Shown here in pieces: positions 1-21,081 of a DNA stretch of 64,000 bases; position 1 is the first letter of the stretch, and every line of letters starts with the position of its first letter. The translations under genes and the position numbers were made by a program. The notes beneath the pieces were generated by a model. The model made no database searches. It was not told the DNA's origin and was given only the letters and a program-made list of their open reading frames with translations. Origin of the DNA: Hormiphora californensis (taxonomy: Eukaryota > Animalia > Ctenophora); assembly GCA_020137815.1 (NCBI GenBank), contig CM035350.1, positions 2,294,001 through 2,358,000 of the forward strand. The letters run 5' to 3'.

Positions 1-1564
1 TCATCTAAACTCCTGTAAAGCTTCCTCGCCTCTAACATTGCTTTCTCACTGCGTCCTGTGTAAAGATTACAACTAATAAAATATGAGTGACCGCGTGGGT
101 GGATTTTATATACAGGGGATCAGGCCTAATATGCCGTGCAACAACCAGCTGCTAACAGGACGGTCTGTTCGGGGGGGGGGGGGAGGGGGCTGTAGAAATT
201 TAATTAACCTTGTGATAAGAGCCATGTGAAGGAAGAGGGGACGGTGTAGAGAAGAACAAACTGTAGCAATCCAGGTAATCCCGATAGTGCCAACATCGTC
301 CTGAGTGGGGATTAACTCAATGTAGTGTGTTTTAATTTGTCTCTATTGTCTTGTTACCCTTACTACAACACACATGAGCGAATGACTCTATTTCCCACCT
401 CCAGTCGTTGTTGGTGTGTTGTGTTATGAGGAGGTTAATAAGACCCGCACAGCTGTTCCCTATTGGCTGCATGAGCTGGTTAAACACCAGGACCTTCCCT
501 CTCAGCTCTATTGGTGTTATCTCAACTAGGTATACCAGTGACGTCACGTGTGCCATACCTGGCAGGAGGAGGAGGGGTGTCATGGTGGTGGGGTGTCATG
601 GAGGAGGGGAGGGGTGTCATGGTGGTGGGGGTGTCATGGTGGTGGGGTGTCATGGAGGAGGGGAGGGGTGTCAGAGTGGTGGGGGGTATCAGAGTGGTGG
701 GGAAGGGGTGTCATGGTGTTGGGTGTCATGGAGGAGGGGTGTATCAGAGTGGTGGGGGTATCAGAGTGGTGGGGGTATCAGAGTGGTGGGGGTATCAGAG
801 TGGTGGGGGTATCAGAGTGGTGGGGGTATCAGAGTGGTGGGGGTATCAGAGTGGTGGGGGTATCAGAGTGGTGGGGGTATCAGAGTGGTGGGGAAGGGGT
901 GTCATGGTGTTGGGTAGTAGGAGAGAAGTATGGGGTGTCAGGGTGTGTTAGGTTAGAGTGTTAGGAAGGGTGTGTTAGGGTGTTAGGAAGGGTGTGTTAG
1001 GGAGTTGGGAGGGTGTGTCAGGGTGACTTTCAAACAACATAGTTTTGATAACGTACCGAAGGAAAAGTTGGACAATACTCGTCCCAATACAAATGTGGTG
1101 TAGTGAGGTCTTGTAAAAAACACTGACACCGCAACTCCCGTGACATACACAGCAGTCCCCGTTATCATTGAAGACTTTCGGCCCATTCGTTTCTGGAAAA
1201 GACTCCCAAAAAACCCTCCTGCCACGCTGGCGAACATCGGCAAACTTACAGCAGTCTGTAAAAGTCTGGAATTAGGAATAAATCGAGTTGGGATCAGATC
1301 TAGACGCTGTTAATTGCCCTATAATTGCATTAGATTGTTGTTTCTTACCGCATACTGATTGTCTGACAGTATGTGAGAGCGAGTAAGACCAAGAGATGCA
1401 CCTCCCACAGCCCCTCTATCGTAACCGAAAATAAATCTGAGAAATGGGCAGATCAAATATAAGAAGAAAACAGAAAATTGATATGTTTAGTACCTTGATA
1501 ACGTCAGGGAAAATATTGATATTATTAGTCGGCACGGGTTCACTTTGGATAGATCACTCGACAT
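1..1564 (-). CDS. MFS sugar porter (GLUT/SLC2-like), 5' exons; gene continues beyond the left edge
   Basis: Manually spliced exons (~1564-1494, 1436-1349, ~1256-1036, ~559-400, ~301-209, ~57-1) with GT-AG ends. They give MSSDLSKVNPCRLIISIFSLTLSRFIFGYDRGAVGGA (FGYDxG), MGRK, GRVLS, YLVEITPIELRG and VPSSFTWLL (PESP-like), all sugar-porter motifs. Confidence 0.85.
565..1025. repeat. G-rich intronic tandem repeats (GTATCAGAGTGGTGGGG ~17-mer; GGGGTGTCATGG variants)
   Basis: Directly visible array in the sugar-porter intron; it is the source of the repetitive ORFs at 408-964. Confidence 0.9.
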
Positions 1565-1699
1565 CCCTAGTCCCTGGTAAATGTCAATTTAAATGATGCA
1601 CCACCCAAAAAAGTGCCAACTGTCAAAGCAACATACAAATATCATACTATTGACTACATACTAAGTAAGCAGATTTTTGCACAAGTTTTTTCATGTACA

Positions 1700-2200
1700 T
1701 ATTGTGTCATTTAGAATCGCCCAAAGGGCAAACGGGCAGCGCTTTTCAATTAGAGAGAAGGAAAGATTCACGGACGGCGCTCGTGTCCGCGGACACACAG
1801 GTGACAGCAGACAGGGCCCAGGCCAAAAGGCAAAAAGACGGAGAGAGAAAAGAAGAAAAATTTGAAAGTGAAAAGGAACACGTGTGCGGGTTACCATAGG
1901 TATATTGTGTTAGGACACGGAGAAAAGATGTAGAGACACAATAAAGAAAAAAAATTTAAAAAATTTAAAAAAAACAAAAATAATTTAAAAAAACTGCGAA
2001 ATTTTGGATTCAGCTCAGAACTCGAGCCGCGCGGCGGTGCTTTAGCTTTTTAAATTCGCGCGTTGCATTAAAAAAATCAAACGCGCAACCCTTTCGTCCT
2101 CTCAACTCAGTGCAGTGAGGCGGACGGGCAGTGCAGTTTTCGTTTTCTGGCAAAATCTTTTTAACTTTTTGGTCATTTTTCGTTCGCCAGAAGTGAACCT
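1700..2200. promoter_or_regulatory. Probable divergent promoter region (sugar porter / NUP85)
   Basis: Head-to-head gene starts (1564 -, 2298 +). CGCG-rich stretches are mixed with poly-A/T runs, as at 43650-43790. Confidence 0.4.
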
Positions 2201-2297
2201 CACCCGTGTCGTGGTAGCTCTTGGGTTTATCAGGTGTAGATCGTAGACTTTATAACTTGTTTTACAGTCTTTATGCTTTACCAACGTTTAGAAAAGT

Positions 2298-4076
2298 ATG
2301 ATAACTTCTTCGGAGACCCCACCTTTCGGTGGTGCTTGGATCAATGAAAAGAAACTAATGTTGTTCAATGGCGATACTGGGTCTATGGAGCTACGTCAGG
2401 AAAATCTAGAAACAGACAATTCCAGTGCTGTCAGCAAATACATCATATTCGAGGGACACAGTGTGTTTTCAGAAATCCAGCTATCAAGCGGAAATGACAT
2501 TCAATCGCACAGCCACGCGTATCGTTCCCTACTTCGTGCTGCAATCCAGGAGTTTGGAGACGAAAATGAGGATGATAAGAAGATTGTTGCACTTTATGAG
2601 TTGGTGTGGTCTTTTTGTGAGGTATTGTTTGTGGAACATCTCCCGGGAGGATGTGTACTGCCCTACTTGCTGGAGCTGATGAGATGGCACTTTCCCCAAC
2701 CAATGAACATGCTGAGCGATGTTTTATCCGTTGACGAACCTATGGACCATCCGGATTTTTGGCGATGTATTATCTCTCTCCTTCTCCAAGGTCACATCAA
2801 AGAGAGCATTGCCATGGTGCGAGTAACCCCTGATGGAGATGAGCTAGTGAGCCTTCTGGAACAAATGCCTCTATTAGAGAACTTCAGTGGGCACTCCTTG
2901 TCCGAGTTCAAAATCAGCTGGTCCATGTGGCAGGATAGGTGCAAACAGGTCCTAGAGACGACAAACTTTGTCATGGACGAATCATCTGATGTCCTGGAGA
3001 TATTGTGTGGTAAGCTGGAGTGTTTCGTGAAATACAAAGATCTCTGTCAGACCTGGTATCATCTGTTGACCTCTCATCTCCTGTATACTAACCCCACAGT
3101 TAGTGTGATGAGTCTGCATCACGCTGCTACTGAGATGGTGCCCGTATACCGGGATCACATTACCCCTCTGGACGAGATTCTCCTGTCTGCCATGGAGTTC
3201 GATGCTCACCAAGTTCTCACCCTGTGCATTAAGCAGTTCCAGAACAGCTGGTGGCTAGCTGCCCACCTTGCAGACGTTCTACACCACGCTAAACAGTTGG
3301 ACAGTACAGAGCTACAGTATGGGTGCTCGCTAAGGGAATACGTGCTCCTTCACTATGCCTCTGATCTAATATTCAGCGGTGAATTCTGGAGTCTAGGTGT
3401 GGATTATTTTATTGAGTGTAAACAGATGGGGAAGGGGTATTTGGAGTTAGCAATTCCTCGCATACCCCTTGACAGTGAGAAAAAAGCAACTCGTGTGTAT
3501 AATGCGTGTCAGAAACACGGGCTTATGGACCTGGCCGCATCTGTATGTAAGGTTATGGCAGCGAAAGCACGACAGTCTGGCAACCTTGGACTTTCCCTCA
3601 TTTGGTCTCTGCAGGCTAAGGATCTGCTGAGTGTAACGAGCATATCGGAGGAAATACTGGACAGTTACATTGAGACGGGGGGATTTTCTAATCTTGAGTT
3701 CCTCGATCAACTCGGATCAAACAAGCTCCTTAGCAATCGTCTGCTGTTTCTGGGGAAGTACAGGGAGTTCCATAATCTGATTAAAATGGGGGAATACCGT
3801 AGCGCTGCGGATCTCCTGGTATCTCTAGTTGAGTCCAATATGGGACCACCTAGATTCCAAATCACCCTTCTTCTAGACTCCCTGCCACTTATAAACGGGG
3901 GGCTGTGTGGTGATAAAGTGGTGATGACCAGCGGGCAAACACATGCCCTGATGAAGGCTCTGGAGGACATGCAAATTAAGAAATTACTAAAGGAAAATGA
4001 TACCCAGAAGGTTGAAACAATTCGACTGGCCCTTGTGACGAATCTTGCCTCATCGTTTTTAGATGAACCCTGGTGA
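2298..4076 (+). CDS. NUP85: Nuclear pore complex protein Nup85, intronless
   Basis: 592-aa ORF with Nup85 segments AYRSLLRA, WWLAAHLADVL, LREYVLLHYAS, WSLGVDY and RLLFLGKYREFH. Confidence 0.9.
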   Translation: MITSSETPPFGGAWINEKKLMLFNGDTGSMELRQENLETDNSSAVSKYIIFEGHSVFSEIQLSSGNDIQSHSHAYRSLLRAAIQEFGDENEDDKKIVALYELVWSFCEVLFVEHLPGGCVLPYLLELMRWHFPQPMNMLSDVLSVDEPMDHPDFWRCIISLLLQGHIKESIAMVRVTPDGDELVSLLEQMPLLENFSGHSLSEFKISWSMWQDRCKQVLETTNFVMDESSDVLEILCGKLECFVKYKDLCQTWYHLLTSHLLYTNPTVSVMSLHHAATEMVPVYRDHITPLDEILLSAMEFDAHQVLTLCIKQFQNSWWLAAHLADVLHHAKQLDSTELQYGCSLREYVLLHYASDLIFSGEFWSLGVDYFIECKQMGKGYLELAIPRIPLDSEKKATRVYNACQKHGLMDLAASVCKVMAAKARQSGNLGLSLIWSLQAKDLLSVTSISEEILDSYIETGGFSNLEFLDQLGSNKLLSNRLLFLGKYREFHNLIKMGEYRSAADLLVSLVESNMGPPRFQITLLLDSLPLINGGLCGDKVVMTSGQTHALMKALEDMQIKKLLKENDTQKVETIRLALVTNLASSFLDEPW

Positions 4077-4280
4077 AAATGAGTTTTAATTCCTAATTTT
4101 TATCCCTTTTACACATCTCTTGTATTTGTTATTGCAGATTTTGAATAACGTGTGTTTTCTGAGCTTGTACCCATTCTCTACCATTCTCTCCCCCTCTCCC
4201 CTGACCCCTCTCTCTCCCTATTTCTCTCTCTATTTCTCACCTTATTTCTTTCCCTATTTCTCCCCCCTCTCTCCCTATTT

Positions 4281-5126
4281 GGGGGGGGGGGGGGCCGGCT
4301 GAAGTTTTTGAAGTTTGAAGTTTTCCACCCTACTTTTTGAGTTTTTGAAGTTTTTGAAGTTTTTGAAGTTGACTTCAAAAACTTCAAAAACTCTAAACTA
4401 CTTTTATATGCTATCAGTGACTTTTATTACACTTGTTTAGGTTAGTTTTATGCTTAATACATATTGTGGCAAAGTTATCCGTCCTTGTCTGCCCTTTTTC
4501 TACCACAAATTAGGATATTTACAATGATTTCTAGCCATGAAATCCATGGCACAATTTGGTGTAAAAAATTTAATTTTTTTTGTAAAAACAGATTTCATTT
4601 TCATTCCATAACTCAAAAAATTGCCTAGAATTGCCTAGAAAATGCAAAGACAGTGTTTAAAAATTATAAAGAAAATTTTCAAAATTTTCTTTGGGGCCAC
4701 ACCCTTTTTGGCAGTTTCACAAAATGCAAATTTTGTATGAAGGGAGTAGTGAAAAAAACATGGACACCAAAATCATCAGCGGCCTCGAGTTAGTGGGGGT
4801 ACGTGCCAAAATGAAGTCTCCACCTCATCTAATTCGAGGGATAATGGGATATTTTCATATTTTTGTGTGTGCGCATGACTTTTTTGGCGCTAGACCAGTT
4901 TTAATGGTTTATGAGTGACTATAGGCTTTTTAAAGGGGTGCATCTTGTTCGGAATATGCAAGTTTATATAATAGTTATGAAGCAACATAGGGCCTATCTC
5001 CAACGGTTTAGGAGATATGAGTTTTTGAAGTTTTTGAACTTTTTTAAAGTTTTCCACCCTAAGTTTCTCTTTGAAGTTTTTGAAGTCAACTTCAAAAACT
5101 TCAAAAACTTCAGCCGGCCTCCCCCC
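4281..5126. mobile_element. Non-autonomous DNA transposon with G-run termini and TIRs GGCCGGCTGAAGTTTTTGAAGTTT
   Basis: Inverted termini at 4293 and 5119, with subterminal TTTTTGAAG repeats. CCCTATTT occurs on both flanks (possible 8-bp TSD, boundary ambiguous within the G/C runs). Confidence 0.75.
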
Positions 5127-5284
5127 CCCTATTTCTCCCCCCTCTCTCCCTATTTATCATCTCCCCCCTCTCTCTCTCCCCCTCTCTCCCTATTTCTCTC
5201 CATTATAGTTCCACCTGGCTGTGTAGTGTGGTACATGAGACGCTGGGCAGGGTAGTCAGTCGACCGAGGCAGCACCCACCCACT

Positions 5285-15362
<10,078 letters not shown>

Positions 15363-15992
15363 ACTTGTGAGTATATGGGATTAATTGAGCTGACATAATA
15401 GGGGACATAACATAATAGGGGATGTCATCACCAAGAGTATGGGATTGATTGAGCTGACTAAATGCTGCAGAGCTTTTTAACAACTTTTTGAATTCTAAAA
15501 CCTAACACATCCTCTTTTTCAGACGGGATTTAGATATTATTGTTGAGTACCTTAGTAGGATCGACCCTGTTTGAGTTTGCAGCAGTGGAGAGAAAGACAC
15601 GTGGAAGATTTTGAGATTGCGGGACAGAAATATGTTACAGTGAATTGTTGGGAGAGAGAGGAGATAAAATGTGTTTGTATGTGTGTGAGCGAGTTCTTGT
15701 AATCTGTTTGTTCCCCGGTGCGTCAAAAGGGGAGCTTATTTGATTTTTTGTTTCTTAGTCTCTGTATTTCTAAATATTTTTGCTGCCCAGGTATTGCGAA
15801 AGGGAGATGTATTCGCTTGATGTGTTCGTGTGTGTGTGAGTGTGTTCGTGTGTGTGTGTGTTTGTGGGTCAATGTGTTAGTGTGTAGGGGTCTGGTCGAG
15901 AAAGCTTGGTTTGTGGTTCAAATTCCCTCCACCACTAGCAATCCCTGTATATTTAGAAAGGGTCATGATAAAGGTATGAAGGTGGATATTGT

Positions 15993-16128
15993 CAGGAACG
16001 TAACTAACGATCAACTTGGAACACTATTCACGAATCAGGAAATACTGGTCCCTGATTGGCTGATAACCAGTCACGTGACCTAAATAACGAGCTCTGATTG
16101 GTTGTTTACTTGGTCCGGTCGGTTCCTG
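15993..16128. mobile_element. Short interspersed repeat/MITE (CAGGAAC...GTTCCTG)
   Basis: Short inverted termini. The internal CTGATTGG/GTCACGTGAC core translates as QEILVPDWLITSHVT, which I recall as an abundant ctenophore repeat (unverified). Confidence 0.55.
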
Positions 16129-17270
16129 CTTGAAACACTATATACCTAAATTCGAGGTGCACTTCCGTAAATGCGTGTTTTCGTATGGTAATCCTTTCAA
16201 TGTCTACCTTTATAGAGATGTGAATTATAGGTACCTGGGTTTGTATGTTATGTGTGAGTGTGAGGCTGGATGGGACACGACGTGTGTGTGTGAGACCTGG
16301 GTACTGTGTACCGATACAGCTGCTATAATACAAGTATTCATATATTACACAGGGGAGGCTTGTGCGCCCCATTGTGGTCCCCTGTATTTGCTCCGAAAGG
16401 TCCTATATTGTGGTATAGGGAGGGCACGATAAAGAGATGATGTTAGAGATGTTTGTTTTTGCTGCAAATATGTAGCAGTTCTTATTTCTCTGTCCTGAGT
16501 GTTGATATTATGTTTTTCGGAGAGAGAGAGATTCCATCTTGATGCACATTGTGAGCAAAATTATAGGGAGACAACTGGCCAGATTAGAACTAATACATAT
16601 ATTGGAGAGTGACTTGTGAGGCCATGGAAAGACAGTGTTTCTTTATAACTCTACTAATTTTGACCCGTACCTCCCTATATTTATAAAAATAGTAAAACCT
16701 GACTTTCCCTTTGTTAAAAGGAGGGGGTGGTTAATATCGGGAGGTTGAGTTGGCTTCTCATGAGCCAGGTTGCAGCTGGGCTGTCTGCATGGCGGGACCG
16801 ACCTGATCTGAGCGATCAAAACGTGGTCTGACACGGCCATACAGTAGCTGGCAGCTGGGTAGTGCACGACGTGACGTCACGCTTCAATACAAATGCATGG
16901 GGTCGTGTTGGGCACGTTGCGCCCCTCATGTTCGCGCAGGCAAGGGGTCGCGTGACGTCACACCGACCACCGTGCACCGCTGCAGATCGGGCCACATGGC
17001 GCAGGGTGCCAAGAAACAATTCCCCATGCCCTGTCTCACAGCAGAACTGTATTATCGAGTTATACTCCCGTTATACTGCAGCAGTGAGTACTGTACTTTA
17101 CAGTACCGGAAATCCATATTTTCAGAAATTCCATAATTCCGGTTTCCAGTACCACAAGATGAAGAAACAAAACACAGCGATTCTGAGGTCTGCAAAAGAA
17201 AGCAAATACAAATACAAAGTTTCCACTAGTTATATCTCCCAATTACACAAAAAGACATTGTTTAATATTC

Positions 17271-20200
17271 TCACTCCATCTTTGCCTCTTCTGGTTTGGC
17301 TTCCTCCGCAGCAGGCTCCTCCCACACCTCACACCTCTTAGGCCCGTATAGTAACGTGTAGGCGACGTGCCAATCACCACCCCCGCTTAACTTGAGTATC
17401 TCTTCATCAGTTACCAAACTCAACTTGTCATCGTCACATTTTATCCATTGGTCTGAGGGAGAGAGTTGATAAGATAGACTGCTGATACAGGCATCTGGTT
17501 GATACAGCTCTGTTCTGTCATTACACACACTTACTCTCTTTGTGTTTGATCCATCCCACGTAATGGCCAGAAGAAGAGCTCCGTCCCTGATGGGTTAGAA
17601 CCGCCTGCAGTTCATAATACCCACTGTTACTCGATCCAACATCATCCTCAAACGAATGGGGTTGGTATTTCTTCTCCTTCTCATCTTCCTTCTTCTCACC
17701 CTTCTTCAGTTTCTTGTTCTCTAGACCCTTTCCTGACTGAAGGGGGGGATGAGGGGGTGTAAGTTGGATCAATCCTACACCTAGATTCTAGGACCTAGAA
17801 TATGAAAGTATGGAACATTATTCAGACCTACCAATTCCCGTTCTATTTTCTTCTGTCTCAAGTCCTCGAATTGATCTCGTCCTGGAGCCAGCTTCTCTTT
17901 CAGTTCGGGAGAGCACAGCTCATAGGCATCGTATTCAAGAGGAAATTTAACATCCTGGGGAAGGGACATGTTAATTTCCATTATTGGGACACTTGTATCA
18001 GTGTTTCAAGTATTGGTTTTACCTTCAATATCTTGGCATTGATGCTCTCCTTCTCCTTATAGAAGAATCGAATAAAGTTTATTGTCAGGTAGGAAGGTAA
18101 CCGTTTCACCAGTGACTGAAAATGAGAGTTAAGTAAAGGAACAGTGAGAGAGCGGATCTCATGGTAACTAACTACTGACTTGGTAACTTACCGTTTTTAC
18201 GTAGACTGCATTCCTTCCAAGTGTAGGAGAGGTCTTCTCAATGTTCTCTTTCAACCCCTAAAACAAGGAGACCAATAAAAAGGGGTTGTGTGATGGCTAA
18301 CTTCATCCCAGTTGGTCTCCACCGGAGAATCCCAAACGAGACCTCTGTTTTCCCACTGCGCGCAGTTAAGAGCGCGCGTTTTGAGTGTCTCGCGGGAAAA
18401 CTCCCCCAAGAGAGCTCTCGCGCCCTCCACCTACCATTGTGAGTCCGAGCTGCATATAGCGGACCTCTGTGTTGATATGGCACCTCAACTGTGTCCACCT
18501 CTCCACGCTCTCTGCTGCAGCCTCCGTCTCAACCTCACTACACTTTAATGAGGTGGCACTCTCTCCTCCAAAATACTGCTCGATAAAGGACCGCCTGACA
18601 GTTTCTGTCGTGGTGCTTCCCTCACCGGGGAGGAACTCAGAGAGCATCCTCATCAACTCTGTCCAACACTCGTTAGCATCCTGTGGGGGGGGGGGGTAAT
18701 AGGGTGGTTAGTATAGCATCTTGCGGGAGGAAGAGGGTGGTTAGCATAACACAGTATCACGGAGTATTGTCCCATTCCTGTTAGACGTTGAATGGAAATA
18801 CTGATTCCCCATCATCGATAAATTGGCATTCAAGTACCCTAACACATTCAGCACATCCTGTGCCGGAACCTAATGGATAGCTCCCTCACGGCATCATGAA
18901 AACCATCTGCCTCTACCGTATCACTCTCCTCTGTGGGGGCGTACAGAGCAGGGTTACCAGCGAAACTGACCAGGAGAAACCTGTTAGTGTGCAAGACTTT
19001 ACTACTTTCACTGCCGAATACGCCCCCGCAAGAAGCCCCTGAACCTCCAAGATGATGATGAAATGAAAGAGAAACATCACCCTCTCTACACACAGACCCT
19101 CTCAGAGTGGCAAATCCGGTGTTCCTGCACCCCCAGGATACTCAGGCCTTTGTCAAGTTATGGGATAGTGCCAGGGGCTCAGAGCCACCGCCGGAGGGGG
19201 TAAACAGGGTTGATTGTTAGCATCCTTTAGGAGGGTGAGGGTGGTTAACACCATGAAGGTGGGAGGGAGAGGGGAGGATGGTTAGCATCCTAACACTGGT
19301 ATGGGTGAGATAAGGGGCACGATGTAAATTAATAGCCTGTACCTGTTGCTGGAATCCACCTTGTTCTCCCTTCTCTGCAAATCTAGGAATGGTCATGTGC
19401 AGCATCTTAACCATAACAAGAGGCATGACGGGCTGGGAGGTTGAGTCCATCTCTTCAAATAGTTGGGTAATAGCAGCACTTATACCCTCACTACCAACCA
19501 CTGCTTGCCTCGAGAACCGACCTATACCGGGGGAATGTATATCATCTGGTGTGCCACATTACTCAGACTCTTCATTGTTACAAGATCTGTAACCCCTATC
19601 AGGTTTTCTTTCCAATAAAATACAAATTGTTCTCAGAATCCAGTACAACATTTATTGATCAGTTACCCTTTGAGTTCTGGAGGCGCTCCTTGAGTTCTGG
19701 CACAGTTCGGAAGCACTGGAGGGTGGCAGCCATGTAACAAGTATTACCCATGTTATAGATACCAGGAGGGTAGTCAGACTGGAGGGGAATCAGGGGGTTA
19801 GGGAGAGATAAAGATAGATCATCAGAACTAGAGATATATGTACCGTGTCTCTCTGCCCCTCTAACTCCCCTTGGTACCATACTACCTGCCCCTTGCCGGT
19901 ACGTGCCCCAATGTGACCCAAACTCACGGCTTGGTTGACTTCTGACTCTGACATATCCTCAATAAACTGGGCCTTCTCTACAGGTTCAGCGGGTAGCTCA
20001 CTGGCACTTCCCATCATCATCATTGTCATGTTGTTCTTCAACATCTTAATATTAGACCACGACTCATCCTGAAACAAGAGGGGATTATATCGTTAATTGG
20101 GGGCAATTAGTGGGGGTACCAAGATGATTAGTGTCACAAGCTCTCCTACCCCGATTGTAGCTCCTTTCACCATGATTTTCATTCGCTCAGGGACAACTCC

Positions 20201-20736
20201 AGAGAGGGAGTAAAGAGCGCTCTTGAAGAGTAGGGGGGATTCATCAGTGTTGCATTCAATATCAGTAAACTTCTCCTTACCCCATTTGATATTCACTGCA
20301 GAGGGGGAAGAAGGGTGGTGACTCGACTAGTTAGGGTGAGAAGAGTAGGAACCGGCGATTCTTCTCGATTTCTTCAAAATCGAGATTTCGATCCTTATGC
20401 TCCTTTCTCGGAACGTGTTCGTCTCTCCATTGCGCGTCGCGGGCTGTCCCGCCAGCCCTCCAAACGAGCTAACAATAGTGCAATTACATGCGATATACTA
20501 CATCGCGTGCATGTAATTGCACTATTGTTAGCTCGTTTGGAGGGCTGGCGGGACAGCCCGCGACGCGCAATGGAGAGACGAACACGTTCCGAAAATGCAG
20601 GATTAGTTATTACCTAGTGATCGAATCGAGATCGAACAAGAATCGCCGGTTCCTAGAGAAGAGTGAGATGTATGGGAGTAAGGGAGGCCAATGAAGATGT
20701 TTAATACTCGGTAAACTTACCTTTGTATACTGGCAT
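17271..20736 (-). CDS. USP14: Ubiquitin carboxyl-terminal hydrolase 14 (UBL + USP), multi-exon
   Basis: MPVYK|VNIKWGKEKF...LSGVVPER (UBL), GIYNMGNTCYM (Cys box), QQQ|DANECW, YELQAVLTHQGRSSSSGHYVGW, WIKCDDD, LKLSGGGDWHVAY. Confidence 0.95.
18770..19200 (-). mobile_element. Degenerate LINE AP-endonuclease fragment (RTE-like) in a USP14 intron
   Basis: Minus-strand reading gives ILGVQEHRI, YAPTEESD and LNANL...SNRNG, which are APE motifs, with frameshifts. Confidence 0.6.
20346..20655. mobile_element. hAT-type MITE with 8-bp TSD and internal 84-bp hairpin
   Basis: GAGAAGAG|TAGGAACCGGCGATTCTT...AAGAATCGCCGGTTCCTA|GAGAAGAG; internal arms at 20408-20491 and 20509-20592. Confidence 0.9.
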
Positions 20737-21081
20737 ACTTGCTACAGCCTAAAATAGGTGTTGATGGTCAGTGATTGGAGTTTTTGTTCACAATAAATGA
20801 AACAAAATGATTTAATCAAAACTACCAAAATCAATTTAAAAGTTGACAAATCAATTGCAAAATCATGAAGCATTCCCTAACTACTGTGACACAGTACATC
20901 GACTAGTCCTAACAAAACACATTCAAAGTTCAATAAAAATCAACATGTATATAGATATTATGTTAATAAAACTAAAAATTCGATGAGATAAATATTATGA
21001 AACATCACATAACTAATGATATACAAATCAAGTCAAAACACTTTTTTTCGGTCCGTTACAACGTCATACAGTTCCTCTTTC

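Noticed and set aside
408-964. Gly/Trp-rich ORFs
   Set aside because: Products of an intronic G-rich tandem repeat that is open in all three frames.
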